NCBI GenBank assembly: GCA_046713235.1
Contig: JBKKBZ010000125.1
Location: 6,573-70,572 of the forward strand
Direction of reading: 5' to 3'
DNA length: 64,000 bases
Source of the DNA: Actinomycetota bacterium
GTDB lineage: Bacteria > Actinomycetota > AC-67
The translations under genes and the position numbers were made by a program. The notes beneath the pieces were generated by a model. The model was not told where the DNA came from. It saw nothing but the letters and a program-made list of their open reading frames with translations, and made no database searches. Positions 60,679-64,000 of the stretch are shown here, in pieces. How positions within the stretch are numbered: the stretch's first letter is position 1; the number at the start of each line of letters is the position of its first letter.

Positions 60679-61758
60679 TTGAGGCGGAACTGGCTGTCGG
60701 TCGCCCACGTCGGCGTAGTGGTGGGAATCCTCAATTTGGCAATTGCCGCCTCTGCCGTCCATGTGCTGGCTTCCCGTGCGAGCGTCGTGGCCGGGCGAGC
60801 TCCGGCGGCCGGCACGAGCGTGGCCAGGGAGGCGGCGGGCCCCGAGCGACCGCGCCGGACTCCGCCCGCCCCGGTCGCAGCTTCGCCGAAGGCCGAACGC
60901 TCGCCCCCGGCCGAGGCAAGCGCCCCCGGCCTTCCCATCGCCGGCAAGGGCATGTGGATCTGGCTGTTCGACCAGGTCGCCGGGGGCGATCCGCGGCTGA
61001 TCGCGATTCATGCCAGGCGTCTCGGATTGACGCACCTCTACGTTCGCTCCAGCTCCTCGGACAGCGGCCTTAAGTGGCTTCGAGACATCGACCGCATCCT
61101 TCCCGATGCCCACGCCGCCGGACTTCGAGTCATCGCGTGGGACTTCACGACCCTGGACGACCCGGAGGCGGACGTTCGGCGTCTGGTCGCCGTTCTCGAC
61201 CACGTTGCTCCGGGCGGCCACAAGGTCGACGGCATCGCCGTGGATCTCGAGACGCCGGCCGAAGGCGTGACCCTGACGCCCGAACGTGCGCACCGGATGT
61301 CGTCGCGTCTTCGTGAGCTCCGGCCCGGACGGTTCCGGGTCCTGGTGCCTCCGCGTCCTTCGGAGCACACAAAGCGCATCTACCCCTACGACATCATCAA
61401 GCACTACGACGCCGTGGCGCCGATGGTGTACTGGCTGAACCGCGAGCCGGTGAGCGACGTGCGCGGTGCCATCGCGTATCTGAAGCCGTTCGGCAAGCCC
61501 ATCGCTCCTATCGGCCAGGCCTACGACGGCGCCGCTGAGGGAGGGACCCCCGGACCCCCTTCCGGCCGCTTGCTGAAAGCTTTTGCCGACGAGGCCATCC
61601 GGGGCGGCGCCATCGGACTTTCCTTCTGGTCATGGCAGCATGCGACCGGCGACCAGTTCCGAGCGATAGGCGGGATCCGGTTCCCAGGGGGCCGCCTCCC
61701 CGCCAAGCCGGTGAGGCCGGCCCGGGGCCCCGCCTCCAGCAAGAACGAGCCGGAGTGA
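60679..61758 (+). CDS. Hypothetical membrane-anchored protein with putative TIM-barrel glycoside-hydrolase-like domain
   Basis: N-terminal TM segment and a Pro/Ala-rich linker. The C-terminal domain has alternating beta-strand-like hydrophobic/acidic patterns (GMWIW...LYVR...VIAWDF...VDGIAVDLE). Assignment is tentative. Confidence 0.35.
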   Translation: MRRNWLSVAHVGVVVGILNLAIAASAVHVLASRASVVAGRAPAAGTSVAREAAGPERPRRTPPAPVAASPKAERSPPAEASAPGLPIAGKGMWIWLFDQVAGGDPRLIAIHARRLGLTHLYVRSSSSDSGLKWLRDIDRILPDAHAAGLRVIAWDFTTLDDPEADVRRLVAVLDHVAPGGHKVDGIAVDLETPAEGVTLTPERAHRMSSRLRELRPGRFRVLVPPRPSEHTKRIYPYDIIKHYDAVAPMVYWLNREPVSDVRGAIAYLKPFGKPIAPIGQAYDGAAEGGTPGPPSGRLLKAFADEAIRGGAIGLSFWSWQHATGDQFRAIGGIRFPGGRLPAKPVRPARGPASSKNEPE

Positions 61759-61776
61759 GTCCCGGGCGCCGGTAAA

Positions 61777-62508
61777 ATGCGCCCGATGATCGGCACCGAA
61801 TCACCACCGCGGGGGTTGAAGATCGACGCCGTGATCTTCGATGCCGGGGAGACGTTGGTGCACCCGCACCCCTCGTTCCCGGAGCTGCTCGCCCGGTTCA
61901 TCAACGACCGCGGGCACTCGGTCGGGGTGGCCGACGTCCTCGTGGCCGAGGCGGCGCTGGCGGAGGCGCTCTCTCGTTGGCAGGGATCGGCGCGGGGGTG
62001 GTCGACGACGCCGGAAGCCTCGCGCGAGTTCTGGGCGGGGCTATATCGCGAACTCTTGCGGCACCTCGATATCGACGACCCGGATTTGCCGGACCGGCTC
62101 TATGAACGGTTCACGCTGCCCGAGAATTACGCGCTGTTCGAGGATGCGCTCCCGGCGCTGACCGAGCTTCGCTCGCGCGGCTATCGGCTCGGTGTGGTGT
62201 CGAACTGGCAGGCCTGGCTCGAGGGCTTGTTAACGTCGCTCGAAGTCATGCCGATGCTCGACGCGCTCGTCGTCAGTGGAATCGAGGGAGTCGAGAAACC
62301 CGATCCGCGGATCTTCCAGATCGCGCTGGAGCGCATCGGCGTGCCGGCCGAGCGCACATGCTACGTCGGGGACAGCCCGGCGTTCGATGTCGAAGCAGCG
62401 CGCGCCGTAGGTATGCAAGCCTTGCTGATCGACCGACGGGGCCGCCACGATCCCTCGGTCTGGCCTGTGATTGGGTCCTTGACCGAGATCCCGGGGGTGA
62501 TCGCGTGA
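61777..62508 (+). CDS. HAD-superfamily hydrolase (subfamily IA)
   Basis: Motif I DAVIFDAGETL, motif II VVSN, motif III/IV YVGDSPAFDVEAARAVGM. Confidence 0.8.
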   Translation: MRPMIGTESPPRGLKIDAVIFDAGETLVHPHPSFPELLARFINDRGHSVGVADVLVAEAALAEALSRWQGSARGWSTTPEASREFWAGLYRELLRHLDIDDPDLPDRLYERFTLPENYALFEDALPALTELRSRGYRLGVVSNWQAWLEGLLTSLEVMPMLDALVVSGIEGVEKPDPRIFQIALERIGVPAERTCYVGDSPAFDVEAARAVGMQALLIDRRGRHDPSVWPVIGSLTEIPGVIA

Positions 62509-62876
62509 CCGAACAGCGCCTTTTCACCGTCGACGAGGCCAACAGCCTCATCGCAGACCTTGGGCCTCTTCTTGAACGGCTGAAGGCGGCCCAGGCGACC
62601 GTCGGCGCACATCAAGAGGAACTCGGAGGTAGGGCCGGCGGAAATGGGGGTGGTCCCGAAGGCGTGGAGTTTCTCCGTGCTATGAGCGAAGCCGGGGCGA
62701 TCCTCGGAGAGCTCGAGCAAGCCGGCGTCGTCGTTCGCGATCCGGGCAGCGGGCTCATCGATTTTCCATCCGAGCGCGAAGGGCTACAGGTGTATCTGTG
62801 CTGGCGCTTGGGGGAGGACCGCGTCGGCTGGTGGCATCCCACGACGGCCGGCTTTGCGGATCGGCGTCCGCTATAG
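62505..62876 (+). CDS. DUF2203-like small conserved protein
   Basis: A GTG at 62505 overlaps the HAD stop as GTGA. 123 aa (TEQRLFTVDEANSLIADLGPLLERL...). Matches a family often found beside HAD/MFS genes in actinobacteria. Confidence 0.5.
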   Translation: MTEQRLFTVDEANSLIADLGPLLERLKAAQATVGAHQEELGGRAGGNGGGPEGVEFLRAMSEAGAILGELEQAGVVVRDPGSGLIDFPSEREGLQVYLCWRLGEDRVGWWHPTTAGFADRRPL

Positions 62877-62882
62877 GGCACC

Positions 62883-64000
62883 GTGATCCCACCCGACTCC
62901 CTTTTCCGCAACCCGGACTTTCGAAGGATCTGGGCCGCCGAGGTCATCTCGGACGCAGGTTCCTTCGTCACCTTCATCGCGCTGGCCGTATACGTTCACG
63001 AACTCACCGGTGAGACTTTCGCCGTCGGCCTGGCTTTGGCGCTGCGAGGGATTCCGTGGGTGACCATCGGGCCACTGGCCGGAGTGATCGTGGATCGCAT
63101 CGATCGCCGGCTCGTCATGATCGTGTGCGATCTGGCACGGGCGCTGCTGGTCGGATTGCTGCCCTTCACGACGGAGGCCTGGCAGGCCTACACGATCTCG
63201 TTCGCGTCCGGCTGTTTCTCGCCGGCGTTTCGCCCGGCTCGGCTGGCGCTCCTGCCGCTGGTTGCGCCCGGCCCTTCCTATCTCCGCGCCGTTGCCGTGT
63301 CGGAGGTGTCGCATCAGGTTCTTCACACCTTGGGCCCTGCGCTCGGCGGCGCGGTGGTTCTTGCCGTCGGGACCAGGCAAGCATTCGTGCTCGATGCCGC
63401 AACGTTTCTTGTTTCGGCGGCGCTGATTCTCGGCGTGCGCGCACGCGGAGAGGCTCGCGGCCGGCCGCGCTCGGTGCGGGATGTCCTCGTCGAGCTAGAA
63501 GAAGGCATGCGCTTTCTCGGCAAGGACCGGCTGCTCCGTACCCTGGTGGCGGCGCGGGCGCTTGATCTGTTGACTCTGGGCGACGGAGCGGTGGCGCTTC
63601 TGCTGATCTACGTCTCGTCGCTAGGGCGGGGATCTGGATCCTTTGGGCTGGCGCTCGCCGCGGCAGGCTTGGGGGCCGTTGTGGGGACGGTGATTCTAGG
63701 CAGGCGCCGGCCGGGAACGCCTCGCCGCTACGCGCTGGTCGCCGTTGCCGCGGGATCGGCGATCCATCTCTTGTTCTTGCAGAGACCACCTTATTTGTGG
63801 CTGCTGGTTGTGCTCGCGATTGGAGCCATCCCGGTCGCCGCGCTCACCCTCTACGTCAGCATGTTTATTGCCGAACGCGTCCCCGATTCAGCGCGCGGGC
63901 GGGTGTTTGCTCTCACCGGCGCGATCTTCGAAGCAGGCGATGTGCTGGGGAGTCTTCTGTTCGCCGCGCTCGGAGCGCGTATCGGGCCTGCGCCTGCACT
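62883..64000 (+). CDS. MFS transporter (3'-truncated by window edge; not in ORF track)
   Basis: A GTG at 62883 is followed by more than 370 codons without a stop. It encodes about 10 TM helices with MFS motif A (GPLAGVIVDRIDRR). Confidence 0.7.
   Translation, partial: MIPPDSLFRNPDFRRIWAAEVISDAGSFVTFIALAVYVHELTGETFAVGLALALRGIPWVTIGPLAGVIVDRIDRRLVMIVCDLARALLVGLLPFTTEAWQAYTISFASGCFSPAFRPARLALLPLVAPGPSYLRAVAVSEVSHQVLHTLGPALGGAVVLAVGTRQAFVLDAATFLVSAALILGVRARGEARGRPRSVRDVLVELEEGMRFLGKDRLLRTLVAARALDLLTLGDGAVALLLIYVSSLGRGSGSFGLALAAAGLGAVVGTVILGRRRPGTPRRYALVAVAAGSAIHLLFLQRPPYLWLLVVLAIGAIPVAALTLYVSMFIAERVPDSARGRVFALTGAIFEAGDVLGSLLFAALGARIGPAPA

Overview
This window is a high-GC (about 70%) chromosomal segment that looks actinobacterial (Actinomycetota), and nearly all genes are on the + strand. 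The lineage call is an inference from gene order, GTG/TTG start usage and stop/start-overlapping gene junctions. The main blocks, in order:

- **Cell-division/cell-wall (dcw) cluster and the divisome cluster that follows it:** murD (3' part)-ftsW-murG-murC-murB-ftsQ-ftsZ, then yfiH(pgeF)-yggS-sepF-yggT-divIVA.
- **Minus-strand pair:** ychF-like and ileS. ileS has a 230-nt leader.
- **dksA/traR-like, lspA, rluD.**
- **A Cas4-like PD-(D/E)XK nuclease divergent from dnaE,** with a perfect palindromic operator candidate in the shared promoter region.
- **A fused his-trp supra-operon:** hisD-hisC-hisB-hisH-hisA(priA-like)-hisF-[SAM methyltransferase]-hisI-trpE-[M28 lipoprotein peptidase]-trpC-[Rieske-domain fusion protein]-[PaaI thioesterase]-trpB-trpA.
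- **tRNA-Leu(CAA) and a quinone oxidoreductase.**
- **An accessory-looking patch:** a membrane ORF, a small secreted protein, a perfect terminator hairpin, and a 1438-aa signalling protein (zinc ribbon, Ser/Thr kinase, STAND/AAA ATPase, TPR repeats, class III adenylyl cyclase). This is followed by a coiled-coil ORF and a PdtaR-like ANTAR response regulator.
- **Two ABC transporters:** Liv-type branched-chain amino acid and polar amino acid.
- **A DtxR-family regulator, polA, an FtsH-like AAA protease, rpsA and coaE.**
- **A GH-like hypothetical, a HAD hydrolase, a DUF2203 protein and a partial MFS transporter.**

Recurrent lineage features are lysine/alanine-rich low-complexity tails on three unrelated proteins (including HisB) and a YchF paralog with degenerate NTP-binding motifs. 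The many antisense or alternate-frame ORFs in the six-frame track are treated as GC-frame artefacts.
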